The notes below the pieces were generated by a model. The model was not told the DNA's origin and did not search any database. It worked only from the letters and a program-made list of their open reading frames with translations. Source: an uncultured delta proteobacterium (lineage in GTDB: Bacteria > Myxococcota > Kuafuiibacteriia > Kuafuiibacteriales > Kuafuiibacteriaceae). From it: a stretch of DNA of 64,000 bases. The position numbers and the translations under genes were made by a program. Position 1 is the stretch's first letter. The number at the start of each line of letters is the position of its first letter. Positions 19,802-27,805 of this stretch are shown one piece after another. Location of the stretch: assembly GCA_963803435.1 (NCBI GenBank), contig CAWDML010000008.1, forward strand, positions 384,001-448,000, in the 5' to 3' direction.

Positions 19802-20217
19802 TTGGTCTTCTCCTGTGTGGTCTTGATGGCGGCGAGGATGAAGCGAGCTCGCTCTCCGATTCGTGTCCGTGGTTGGATCTTGAATGCCGCGGCCAAGTGC
19901 GTTTCCGCGGTTCCGGCATCCTGCCGCTCATTCCAGATCAGCTCGCCCAGATAGAGGTGCGCCTCCTGATCGTTCGCGTTGAGCGCGAGCGCTTTCAGAT
20001 ACGCCGCTTCGGCCTCTTCGGTCTGTCCGAGGGAATAGAGCGAAGCGCCGATTCCAACTTGGGGTCGCGACCAAGCGGGACGAGCAACGGCGGCCCCTCG
20101 ATAGACCCTGAGCGCGTTGTCGAACTTCCCGGACTTGAAGGCCAGGCTGGCGGCGAACATCAGCGCGTCGACGCTCTCCTGCGCGAGCTCGGGAATCTTG
20201 AAGGCGGGCTGCATCAT
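19798..20217 (-). CDS. TPR protein, SycD/LcrH (class II T3SS chaperone)-like
   Basis: 139 aa, three TPRs (ALMFAASLAFKSGKFDNA...GIGASLYSLGQTEEAEAAYLKALALN...YLGE); ATGA-coupled to the downstream gene. Confidence 0.6.
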   Translation of the reverse strand: MMQPAFKIPELAQESVDALMFAASLAFKSGKFDNALRVYRGAAVARPAWSRPQVGIGASLYSLGQTEEAEAAYLKALALNANDQEAHLYLGELIWNERQDAGTAETHLAAAFKIQPRTRIGERARFILAAIKTTQEKTK

Positions 20218-20375
20218 CTTCTCCCCCTAGGGCGGTTGACGTAGTCTCCTTATCGGGTTGATGTAGGTGTAGTTGCGCCTAGCGCGTACCCGTCCGCGTA
20301 TGTCCACGGTCTTGGTGCTTCTCGCGCAACCGTGGGAGCGCCGGACGCGATAACGAAGATGTCGAGCCCTGCCCG

Positions 20376-21599
20376 GTGAGAGTGCTGTTCGTGACACCCG
20401 GCGAGTTTTCCGCAGGCGAGGCGATCACCGCCGTCCACGCTGCGGAGCGGATCGCGAAGGTGGGGGGCCAGGTCCACGTCCTCGCCTCGCGCTTCACCTC
20501 CGGATTCGCGAAGGGCCTCGACACCACCGTGATGGGCGAGGACGCGGGCGAGAACCGTGCCGCCTGGGCGCGCACGCTGCGCGCGTTCTCACCCGACGCG
20601 ATCGTGTTCGCCGACTTCGCGATGACCTTCTTCTCGAGCGGCGTGGCTCCGCTCGGCGACGGCGCCTGGTTGCGTTCGCTCGGTGGTGTGGACGCGGAGC
20701 TCTTCACGTTCGATCACCTCGGGTTCGCGCAGGGGCCGATGAACGTGTTCTACGGGCCGCCGCACCTCGGGATCGTCGAGCCCATCCAGCAGCCGCCCAG
20801 CCGGATGAACGTGCTGCTCCCCTGTCCGGTGCAGGAGCCGAGCCCGGTGGAGGGACGGCGCGGGATCCCGTTTCGCTACTGGGCGCCGCCGGTCCTCGAC
20901 GACGACACCAAGCGGAAGGTCCGCGCTCGCTACGGGGGCGACGACCTGTTGGTGTTCCACTCGGTGCCGACTTGGGCGTGGGAGTGGGCGGCTCGGTTCG
21001 GCCATCCTTACTACGAGTCGCTGACGGCGCTGCTCGAGCTCCAGCTCGAGGGTCTGCCGCGGCCGGTCACCGTGGTCTCGGTGAACAACGGAAGGCTGCT
21101 CTCCGCCTCCACGAAGCTCAGGATCCTGAACCTGTCGACGCTCCCGAAGGAGGACTACGAGGCGCTGATCCTCTCCTCGGATCTGATGCTGACGGAGAAC
21201 GCGATCTCGGTGAGCCTCGGCAAGGCCGTCTGCGGCGGTGTCCCGGGCGTGGTGCTCAAGAACAGTCGCTTCGCCAAGGACGTCCTCGCGGGCGCCGAGC
21301 CGGCGGTGGCCGCGATCGTCGAGGCGATGGAGGCGCGCCACCCGGGCGCGGTCTATCCGTACGAGGTCTTTCCGATCTGGGGACGCCGGCAGGTCGAGAA
21401 GCTGGGCGTCTTCAAGGCCTCGAGCTACCCGGAGGGCGTGGCGGCGCTGGAGATCTTCGGGGGCGCCGAGACGAGGGCCGCGCTCTCGCGCCTGCTCACG
21501 GATCCGGACACGCGCGCGTCGCTCATCGCGAAGCAGAGGGCCTACGCCGATCGCGTGGCGGCGCTCCCGCAGATCGAAGACGTCATCCTTCGCCCGTGA
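20376..21599 (+). CDS. GT-B-fold glycosyltransferase-like protein (DUF6365-like)
   Basis: MRVLFVTPG...GE, PDAIVFAD, LPKEDYEALILSSDLMLTENAISVSLGKAVCGGVP. Confidence 0.55.
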   Translation: MRVLFVTPGEFSAGEAITAVHAAERIAKVGGQVHVLASRFTSGFAKGLDTTVMGEDAGENRAAWARTLRAFSPDAIVFADFAMTFFSSGVAPLGDGAWLRSLGGVDAELFTFDHLGFAQGPMNVFYGPPHLGIVEPIQQPPSRMNVLLPCPVQEPSPVEGRRGIPFRYWAPPVLDDDTKRKVRARYGGDDLLVFHSVPTWAWEWAARFGHPYYESLTALLELQLEGLPRPVTVVSVNNGRLLSASTKLRILNLSTLPKEDYEALILSSDLMLTENAISVSLGKAVCGGVPGVVLKNSRFAKDVLAGAEPAVAAIVEAMEARHPGAVYPYEVFPIWGRRQVEKLGVFKASSYPEGVAALEIFGGAETRAALSRLLTDPDTRASLIAKQRAYADRVAALPQIEDVILRP

Positions 21600-22368
21600 A
21601 CACCAGCCCGCGCTCCATCAGCAGCCGCATGGTCGAGGCGAGCCCGTCCGGCGTGCCCACGTCGCGGAACACGCCGTCCTCGAAGACGTGCGCGATCACC
21701 ACGAAGCCGGCGGCGCGCGCCGCTTCCATGGCGTGGCTCAGCACGCCCTCGCTGCCCGCCGGCCGGCGCTGGTCCCAGTCCGCGCAGAAGTCGGTGAAGC
21801 GCGCCGACCAGGAGAGCACGCCCCAGGTGTTCTTCGCCGGCGCCGCCTTCGGCTTGTCGTGGATCGCGAGCACGCGCCCGGCGGCGCCGATCTCCACCGG
21901 TGCGAGGCGTTCCGGCTCCTCCGTCGGGAACACGCCCAGGGCCAGGTCGGCGGCGGCGGCGATCCGCGCCTGATGGAGCCTCGCCAGCGCGTCGCGCGGG
22001 AAGATCACGGTGTCGGGGAGCGCGAACAGGACGTCCGCCCCGGCGAGCCACGGTCGCGCGATCCGGACCACATGGGTGAGACCGCGCGCCTCCGCCTGCA
22101 CCAGATAGCCGAGGTCGACGCCGGCATCCTTTCCGTCACCGAGCACGCGCACCAGCTCGAACTTCTCGTCGGAGATCACGGCGAAGCAACGGTCGACGCC
22201 GGCCAGCCGCATCCCCTCCAGCGAGAAGTGACAGACCGGCGCCGGGACCGCGCTGCCGCCGGGTCCGCGCAGGAGGAGCGGAAAGAGCTCCTTCGGTGAT
22301 CGATAGGGGCGGAGCCTCGCGCCCATTCCAGCAGCGGGGAGTAGACCGATGAGCGGCACGGGCCGCAT
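21583..22368 (-). CDS. Sugar-phosphate nucleotidyltransferase (RmlA-like family)
   Basis: GLLPAAGMGARLRP...PKEL, VQAEARGL, LPDT, DKP and DVGTPD. Alternative GTG start at 22359. Confidence 0.85.
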   Translation of the reverse strand: MRPVPLIGLLPAAGMGARLRPYRSPKELFPLLLRGPGGSAVPAPVCHFSLEGMRLAGVDRCFAVISDEKFELVRVLGDGKDAGVDLGYLVQAEARGLTHVVRIARPWLAGADVLFALPDTVIFPRDALARLHQARIAAAADLALGVFPTEEPERLAPVEIGAAGRVLAIHDKPKAAPAKNTWGVLSWSARFTDFCADWDQRRPAGSEGVLSHAMEAARAAGFVVIAHVFEDGVFRDVGTPDGLASTMRLLMERGLVFTGEG

Positions 22369-22389
22369 GGTAGCATTCGCCGCCAGGAA

Positions 22390-23236
22390 TCAGCTCCTGC
22401 GGTTGCTGTTGTTGCGGTCGCTCGTGCTCCGGCGGAAGTCGCGGTCGATTCTTGTCGAGCTCCTTCAGGTGCTGGGTGTCGCCTTCCAGGATGTCGCTGA
22501 AGAGCTTGTCCGCCTGGCTGACAGCGCTCTTGGCCTGCTTGCCGCCTTGCTGGACGCTCCGCCGGGTCCATTCCGCGGTGGTGCCGACCAACGTGTCGAC
22601 GTTGGTGTTGATCGCCTCCTGGAGCTTCTGACGGACGTACTCGCCCTTCATCTCGCTCGAGGTCTTGCGGTGCGCCATCATGAACCCGACCGCCTCGTCG
22701 TTGTTGAGGCCGTCCTTGCCCGCCTTGACCAGATCATCGACCTCGCCCGTCTGCTGCAGCACGTCGGAGTCGGTGAACCCGAGCTCGTGGAGGTGGTCGG
22801 CGCTCAGGTTCGTATCCTGCCCGGTGAGCACCCGGAGCTGATCGTCGCTGAACCGGTCTCCGACCGTCCGTCCGTTCTCGAGAGGCGTGTCCTTGAGCCG
22901 CTGCATGGCGGCCTCGTCGCCCGGATTGTCCCGGACCGCCCGCAGATTGTCCCGCAGGGCGGGCATGTTCTGCTTGGCGGTCTGTTGCGACGAGACCGTC
23001 TTGCCCAGGCTCTGGGAGGATTCGGCGATCTTCACCCCATCCATGCCGATCTGCACGGTCTGCTGCATCTGCTTGATGCTCGAGGCGACCTCCTTGCTCT
23101 CCATCTCCTGCTTGAGGAGCGACTGCTTCTGGTCGGAGGCCGCGTCCGAGAGGAGCTTCGACTCCTTGCTCGTCTCGATTGAATGCTTCGCCGCCCACTG
23201 CAGGACGACATTTCCTTGGTTGATGAAGACTCCCAT
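22390..23236 (-). CDS. Coiled-coil secreted-substrate-like protein (apparent frameshift at 22447-22451)
   Basis: Helical Q/S/K-rich ORF, third gene of the operon. Removing one base from GATTC gives ...KIDRDFRRSTSDRNNSNRRS* at 22390 and removes the overlap with the downstream gene. Confidence 0.65.
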
Positions 23237-23246
23237 GATCGTCCCC

Positions 23247-23759
23247 TTAGAACTTCGCCCGCTCGGTTTCGCTCTGTTTCATGTCGATCTGCTTGGCCAT
23301 GACCTCGTTCACGAAGTTGCGTCGGTCCTCGTCCGACTTCTTCATGTCCTTGACCTTGTCGGCCTCCTTCTCGGCTTCCATCTCCTTGAGACCGGCCTTC
23401 TTCTCCTTCATGGCCGCCTCTTGCTCCTTGCCCTTCTGTTCGAGGTGGGCGAGCAGCATGAACACCGCGGCCACGACCGCGATGATGGCGCCGATGATGG
23501 TACCGATGGGCGGGAAGCACGCGCAGACCGCCGCTGCGGCCGCGAGACCGCCCGCGATCGCCTGATAGCGCGTCGCGGCGTCGCTGGCCTCGCCTCGCGT
23601 CTGCCCGGCTTCCTGGTTCAGCTGAAGCTGCTTGGTCTTGGCCTCGGTCTGCCGCTTTCGGGCGATCGAGATGTTCTCGGAGGCGTCCTTCGCCTCTTCG
23701 GATTGGTTCTTCTGGAGCAGCATGACATTGCGGTCCAGAGCGGCGCTGTTGATCTTCAT
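23247..23759 (-). CDS. Small T3SS translocator-like protein (coiled coil - hydrophobic hairpin - coiled coil)
   Basis: AIAGGLAAAAAVCACFPPIGTIIGAIIAVVAAVFMLLA flanked by charged helices; no signal peptide; RBS aggag. Confidence 0.55.
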   Translation of the reverse strand: MKINSAALDRNVMLLQKNQSEEAKDASENISIARKRQTEAKTKQLQLNQEAGQTRGEASDAATRYQAIAGGLAAAAAVCACFPPIGTIIGAIIAVVAAVFMLLAHLEQKGKEQEAAMKEKKAGLKEMEAEKEADKVKDMKKSDEDRRNFVNEVMAKQIDMKQSETERAKF

Positions 23760-23782
23760 GATGGATTCTCCTTCGCGTGGAC

Positions 23783-24229
23783 TTATTCGATTGAGTTGAA
23801 CCGCGAGTCCCGCAGCTCCTGGCGGAACTGGTCGGCCTCATGCTGCTTCTTCTCGGCCTCGTCGAGCGTTTCCTTCGCGTCGTCGCCTCGGTCCTTGGCC
23901 TTGTCATACTGAAGGTCGGTGAAGCCGACCTCCTTCTTGAGCTGCCCGGCCGCGTCGCGATTTCCTTCGCCGACCGCGTTGCCGATGGCCTTTCCGATGA
24001 GCCCGCCGATCAAGAACCCACCGAAGATGGTGCCGAGAAGGGCTCCCTTGTTCTCCTTCTCGCGGGACGACTTGTTCTCGTCGACCTCTTTCATCTCCTT
24101 GTCGTAGGACTCCTGCGTGAGCTTTCGCTCCTGGTCGACGGCGCGGTTGATGTCTTCGCGAGAGGCCTTCTGAGACTCGACGCTCGATTCCATCTGGACC
24201 TTCGCGACAATGCTGGATACCGGTTTCAT
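23783..24229 (-). CDS. Small translocator-like protein with glycine-zipper hydrophobic segment
   Basis: GALLGTIFGGFLIGGLIGKAIGNAVG between coiled coils; no signal peptide. Confidence 0.55.
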   Translation of the reverse strand: MKPVSSIVAKVQMESSVESQKASREDINRAVDQERKLTQESYDKEMKEVDENKSSREKENKGALLGTIFGGFLIGGLIGKAIGNAVGEGNRDAAGQLKKEVGFTDLQYDKAKDRGDDAKETLDEAEKKQHEADQFRQELRDSRFNSIE

Positions 24230-24261
24230 TCGCTCGTTCTCCTTTGGTCGGAAAACGCTTG

Positions 24262-24277
24262 ATCAAGCTGCGTGCCA
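24262..24277 (-). promoter_or_regulatory. Sigma54 -24/-12 promoter
   Basis: TGGCACG-CAGC-TTGAT on the minus strand, about 33 nt upstream of 24229. Confidence 0.65.
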
Positions 24278-24362
24278 GCCAGACTGAGAAGGGGACGGAC
24301 CCGAACGCTCGCGCTGAGCGCCCCTCGACGTGCAGGTCCCGCCGCTCGAGCGGCGGACGGAA

Positions 24363-24375
24363 TGCAGGTGCTGCA
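24363..24375. promoter_or_regulatory. Palindromic candidate activator site TGCAG-N3-CTGCA
   Basis: tgcaggtgctgca; the same motif lies at 27761-27773 upstream of the paralog. Confidence 0.55.
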
Positions 24376-24428
24376 CTCGGACCCGGCGCTCGCACCGCCC
24401 GGGACGAGCAGCGCATCACCTTCCGAGC

Positions 24429-24444
24429 TGGCACGCGGCTTGTA
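24429..24444 (+). promoter_or_regulatory. Sigma54 -24/-12 promoter
   Basis: TGGCACG-CGGC-TTGTA upstream of ATG 24486. Confidence 0.7.
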
Positions 24445-24485
24445 CCAAGCGCCTCCAACAGGCTCGACGAAGGAGACATGAAGAA

Positions 24486-24968
24486 ATGGCAAGCGGAATC
24501 GACGCACTCAAGTATCTGAGCTCACTCCAGGCGGCTGCCGCATCCGAGGATGCGCAGGATGCCTCCAACAAGGGACGTGACCTGCTGATCAAGCAGAAGA
24601 ACGTTCGCGCCCGCCAGCAGGCCTTCGAGCGCATGGTCGCCGACAAGGAGCTGACGGGGACCGAGCGCGCCAATCTCGACAAGATGATGAGCGAGATCGG
24701 GATGGACACGACCACGCTCAACAGCATTCAGGGCACCAAGATCGACGCGGGTTCGGACGATACGGACGCGCGCGACAACGCCAACAAGGTCGAGACCCTC
24801 CGAAAGGACTTCGAGGGTCAGCTGAAGGATTTCGAGTCGCAGGAGCGCCTCGACAACTTCGGCATCCAGGAGCTGATGAGCCGTTACAACCAGGCCGAGC
24901 AGCTCGCCTCTTCGATCGAGAAGGGCGACTCGACGGCGCAGAACGCCATCATTTCGAAGATCGGATAA
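24486..24968 (+). CDS. Bsp22/EspA-like filament subunit, paralog 1 (160 aa)
   Basis: C-terminal LDNFGIQELMSRYNQAEQLASSIEKGDSTAQNAIISKIG helix resembles T3SS needle/filament C-termini; RBS aaggag. Confidence 0.55.
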   Translation: MASGIDALKYLSSLQAAAASEDAQDASNKGRDLLIKQKNVRARQQAFERMVADKELTGTERANLDKMMSEIGMDTTTLNSIQGTKIDAGSDDTDARDNANKVETLRKDFEGQLKDFESQERLDNFGIQELMSRYNQAEQLASSIEKGDSTAQNAIISKIG

Positions 24969-24978
24969 GGAGGACGTC

Positions 24979-25413
24979 ATGGCAAACATCGGCAGCGTGC
25001 AGGCCGCAGTCGCCTACATTTCGACCGAGACCGCCGGCGGTCAGGAGGAGAGCGGCCGAACCGATCTCCACCGAGCCGACACCGAGCGGAAGCAGCTCCA
25101 GCAAGAGATCAAGGAGAAGCAGGCCAAGATCCAGGAGCTCCAGAAGGAGCTCGAGGGGGCCACCGACGACGCGAAGAGCTTCGGCGGCAAGATCAAGAGC
25201 CTCTGGGGCGACGACAGCGGCGTCGGCAAGCTGGGCGATCAGCTCCAGAAGACGTCCGCGGAGATGAAGAAGGAGATGCGGACCCTCGAGCAGAAGCAGG
25301 TCGAGATGGAGGCCATGCTCAAGGAGCTGCAGCAGGCTCAGCAGGAGCTGGGCGGTCACCTCCAGGAGCACCGAAAGACGAACTCCGAGAACGATCGGAC
25401 CTCCTCCTTCTAG
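24979..25413 (+). CDS. Coiled-coil protein
   Basis: Strong RBS aggagg; long Q/E/K heptad helices. Confidence 0.7.
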   Translation: MANIGSVQAAVAYISTETAGGQEESGRTDLHRADTERKQLQQEIKEKQAKIQELQKELEGATDDAKSFGGKIKSLWGDDSGVGKLGDQLQKTSAEMKKEMRTLEQKQVEMEAMLKELQQAQQELGGHLQEHRKTNSENDRTSSF

Positions 25414-25457
25414 CGCACCGATCACGACTTCACGAAAGCGAAACAACGAGACGACTC

Positions 25458-25509
25458 CCCCCTCGCGTGCGGTATCCCGAGCACCATCCCAACCGCCGTA
25501 CGTGAGGGG
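25458..25509 (+). terminator. Hairpin downstream of the 24486-25413 unit
   Basis: cccctcgcgtgcgg...ccgtacgtgagggg. Confidence 0.45.
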
Positions 25510-25741
25510 CGCGGAGCGACGCCCTCGCTCTGGCCCCGTGCGACCGCACGTTGCCTCCCTGCCCCCCAACCTGGGTTGAAAGCGATTCGTTCCGCCGATG
25601 GCCTCCGGTTACCTCTCGCGTCGAAGTCATCGTTGTCGTCACACTCCGCGAGCGGCGCGGCGCTCCAGTCCCCGCAGGCGGTGAACCGTCGCCGCATGGC
25701 CGGGGATTGCCATCGCGGCGAGGCCGGTGCACTCATCCCTC

Positions 25742-26536
25742 ATGAGCGCCGCCACCTACGTCGAGCTCTCGTCGCCGTCCGCCGCCGCCGATCTGGTGGT
25801 GGTCGCGGCCCGCGCGGGCAGCCTCACCGTCGGCCTCGCGGTGGCCGATCTCGACGGAACCCAGGCCCACGTGCGGTCGTTCTTCGTGGAGCCGAGCCAC
25901 TGGGGCCGCGGGCTCGGGAGCGGTCTCGCGGCGGCGCTGGAAGACGCGGTGCGCGGCCGGGGCGCCAAGCGGATCGAGGCCATGTACGAAGGCACCAGCC
26001 CCGCGGCCGGGGCCGCGGCCCGGGTCGCGGAGAGGCGCGGCTTTCAACCGTCGCAGCCGAGCACCCTGGTGTGTCGAGCGTCCGAGCGGATGCGTTCGGC
26101 GCCCTGGATGAAGCGCCCGCTGTCGCGCCTGTACCACATCTTCCCGTGGGGTGAGCTCTCGGACGCCGAACGGGCGCAGCTGAAGGCGGCGCGCTACCCG
26201 GCGGCGCTCACGCCCTTTCCGGACGAGCCGGTGGAGCTCCTGAACAGCCTGGGCCTGCGCAGGGACGGACACGTCGTGGGCTGGATGCTCACGCATCGGC
26301 TCGGGCCGGAGCTCATCCGCTACACCAGCCTGTTCGTCGATCCGGGTGAGCGGGCGCTCGGCCCCGGCATGGCGCTCCTCGCGGAGGCGATCCGGCGCCA
26401 GCTGGACAACGGTGTTCCGTTCGGGATCTTCGGGATCGGCGAAGCCAACGAACCGATGATTCGCCTGGTGCGACGAAGGATGGTGCCGTACCTGGACGCG
26501 TTTCAGGAGGTTCGATACGTGGCGAAGGATCTCTGA
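25742..26536 (+). CDS. Tandem GNAT acyltransferase 1
   Basis: FVEPSHWGRGLGSGL; second domain ELLNSLGLRRDGHVVGWMLTHRLGPELIRYTSLFV...LLAEAIRRQ...NEPM. Confidence 0.85.
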   Translation: MSAATYVELSSPSAAADLVVVAARAGSLTVGLAVADLDGTQAHVRSFFVEPSHWGRGLGSGLAAALEDAVRGRGAKRIEAMYEGTSPAAGAAARVAERRGFQPSQPSTLVCRASERMRSAPWMKRPLSRLYHIFPWGELSDAERAQLKAARYPAALTPFPDEPVELLNSLGLRRDGHVVGWMLTHRLGPELIRYTSLFVDPGERALGPGMALLAEAIRRQLDNGVPFGIFGIGEANEPMIRLVRRRMVPYLDAFQEVRYVAKDL

Positions 26537-26553
26537 TCGCGCGAGCGACCCGA

Positions 26554-27015
26554 TCAGGCCTTCAGGTTGTTGATGCAGTTCATGTACTTCTTCTGCTCGG
26601 AGGCCTGAATCTCCGCGATCGTGGTGACCTTCTGGTTGTGCGCATCCAGCAGCGACTGGACCTCGAGGTTGAATTCGGGACCGAGGGTGGCGTCGGACTT
26701 GGCGCCCGACAGCTCCAGGTGCAGCTCGAAGGCGAGGTCGCCGGCCGCGACCCGACCGGTTCCGTCCTGGTCCTTGAGGTCCTGGATCGCCTGCTCGATG
26801 GATGCGGTGTCGAGGCCCATCTCACGGAACTTCGTCTTGAGCTCGTCGAGCTCTCCTTCATCGAAGTAGCCGTCGGCCGCCATCTGGTCCAGCGTGCTGT
26901 TCAGGCGGTCGTAGGCCTTCTGCCGCGACAGGTTCCGCTGCCCCTCGGCAGCGAGCTCGCCCATCTTTTTCTCGTCGTCGACAGCGCCGGCGAATAGCTC
27001 GTTGAGCAGTTTCAT
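26554..27015 (-). CDS. Divergent filament-subunit paralog 3 (153 aa)
   Basis: EGQRNLSRQKAYDR...QMAADG...EMGLDT aligns by eye with KGRDLLIKQKNVRA...RMVADK...EIGMDT; C-terminus FNLEVQSLLDAHNQ...INNLKA. Confidence 0.55.
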   Translation of the reverse strand: MKLLNELFAGAVDDEKKMGELAAEGQRNLSRQKAYDRLNSTLDQMAADGYFDEGELDELKTKFREMGLDTASIEQAIQDLKDQDGTGRVAAGDLAFELHLELSGAKSDATLGPEFNLEVQSLLDAHNQKVTTIAEIQASEQKKYMNCINNLKA

Positions 27016-27040
27016 GGTCTTTGCCCCACAACAGGCAGAA

Positions 27041-27076
27041 CGGCGGACGAGAACGCGTCACACGTTCCCGTCCACC
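27041..27076 (-). terminator. Intergenic hairpin between paralogs 2 and 3
   Basis: ggacgagaacg...cgttcccgtcc stem. Confidence 0.5.
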
Positions 27077-27094
27077 GCCGCCGCCTGGAAAGAA

Positions 27095-27637
27095 TCAGCC
27101 GATCTTCGAGATGATCGCGTTCTGCGCCGTGGAGTCGCCCTTCTCGATGGAAGAGGCGAGCTGCTCGGCCTGGTTGTACCGGCTCATCAGCTCCTGGATG
27201 CCGAAGTTGTCGAGGCGCTCCTGGGACTCGAGGTCCTTGAGCTCGCCTTCGAAGTTCTTCCGCATCGTCTCGACCTTGTTGGCGTTGTCGCGCTCGTAGT
27301 CCTTGTCGGACCCCGCGTCGAGCTTGCCCGTCCAGCTGCCGGCCTTGTTGGTGCCGTCGGAATTCTTCTCGTAGGTGCCGAGGACGCCGCTGTTGGTGTA
27401 GTCGACGCCGAACTTGTCCATGCCGACCTCGCCCATCATGTGGTTGAGGGTCGCGTACTCGTGCTCGTCCATCACCTTGTCGGCGACGGCCCGCTCGAAG
27501 TACTGCTGCCGAGCCCGAACGTTCTTCTGGTTGATCAGAAGGTCGCGGCCCTTGTTGGACGCGTCCTGCGCGTCTTCGGAAGCCGCAGCCGCCTGGAGGC
27601 TGCTGAGACCCTTGAGTGCGTCGATTCCGGATGCCAT
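27095..27637 (-). CDS. Bsp22/EspA-like filament subunit, paralog 2 (180 aa)
   Basis: First about 45 and last about 45 residues nearly identical to 24486..24968; the middle differs and is 20 aa longer. Confidence 0.55.
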   Translation of the reverse strand: MASGIDALKGLSSLQAAAASEDAQDASNKGRDLLINQKNVRARQQYFERAVADKVMDEHEYATLNHMMGEVGMDKFGVDYTNSGVLGTYEKNSDGTNKAGSWTGKLDAGSDKDYERDNANKVETMRKNFEGELKDLESQERLDNFGIQELMSRYNQAEQLASSIEKGDSTAQNAIISKIG

Positions 27638-27682
27638 TTGGTTTCTCCTTTAAGCGTCTGAGGCTTGTTGGGCCGAGGAGAT

Positions 27683-27698
27683 TTCAAAGCGCGTGCCA
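27683..27698 (-). promoter_or_regulatory. Sigma54 -24/-12 promoter
   Basis: TGGCACG-CGCT-TTGAA on the minus strand upstream of 27637. Confidence 0.65.
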
Positions 27699-27760
27699 GG
27701 GCCGATCCCGGGGCTGCGCCTGCGGCTCGAGCCGGGACGCCGCCCCGGTCGCTCGGGAAA

Positions 27761-27773
27761 TGCAGGGGCTGCA
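27761..27773. promoter_or_regulatory. Palindromic candidate activator site TGCAG-N3-CTGCA
   Basis: tgcaggggctgca, about 60 nt upstream of the sigma54 box. Confidence 0.55.
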
Positions 27774-27805
27774 TCCGGCGGGTGCGTGAGCTGCACAACC
27801 GAGGA

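Noticed and set aside
20220-20375. Sigma54 promoter for the TPR chaperone operon
   Set aside because: The best match (GGGTACG-CGCT-AGGC, minus strand) is too degenerate to call.
24486-27637. Calling the paralogs flagellins
   Set aside because: Too short and lacking the flagellin N-terminal (LSSGxRIN) and C-terminal (SRIxDxD) motifs.
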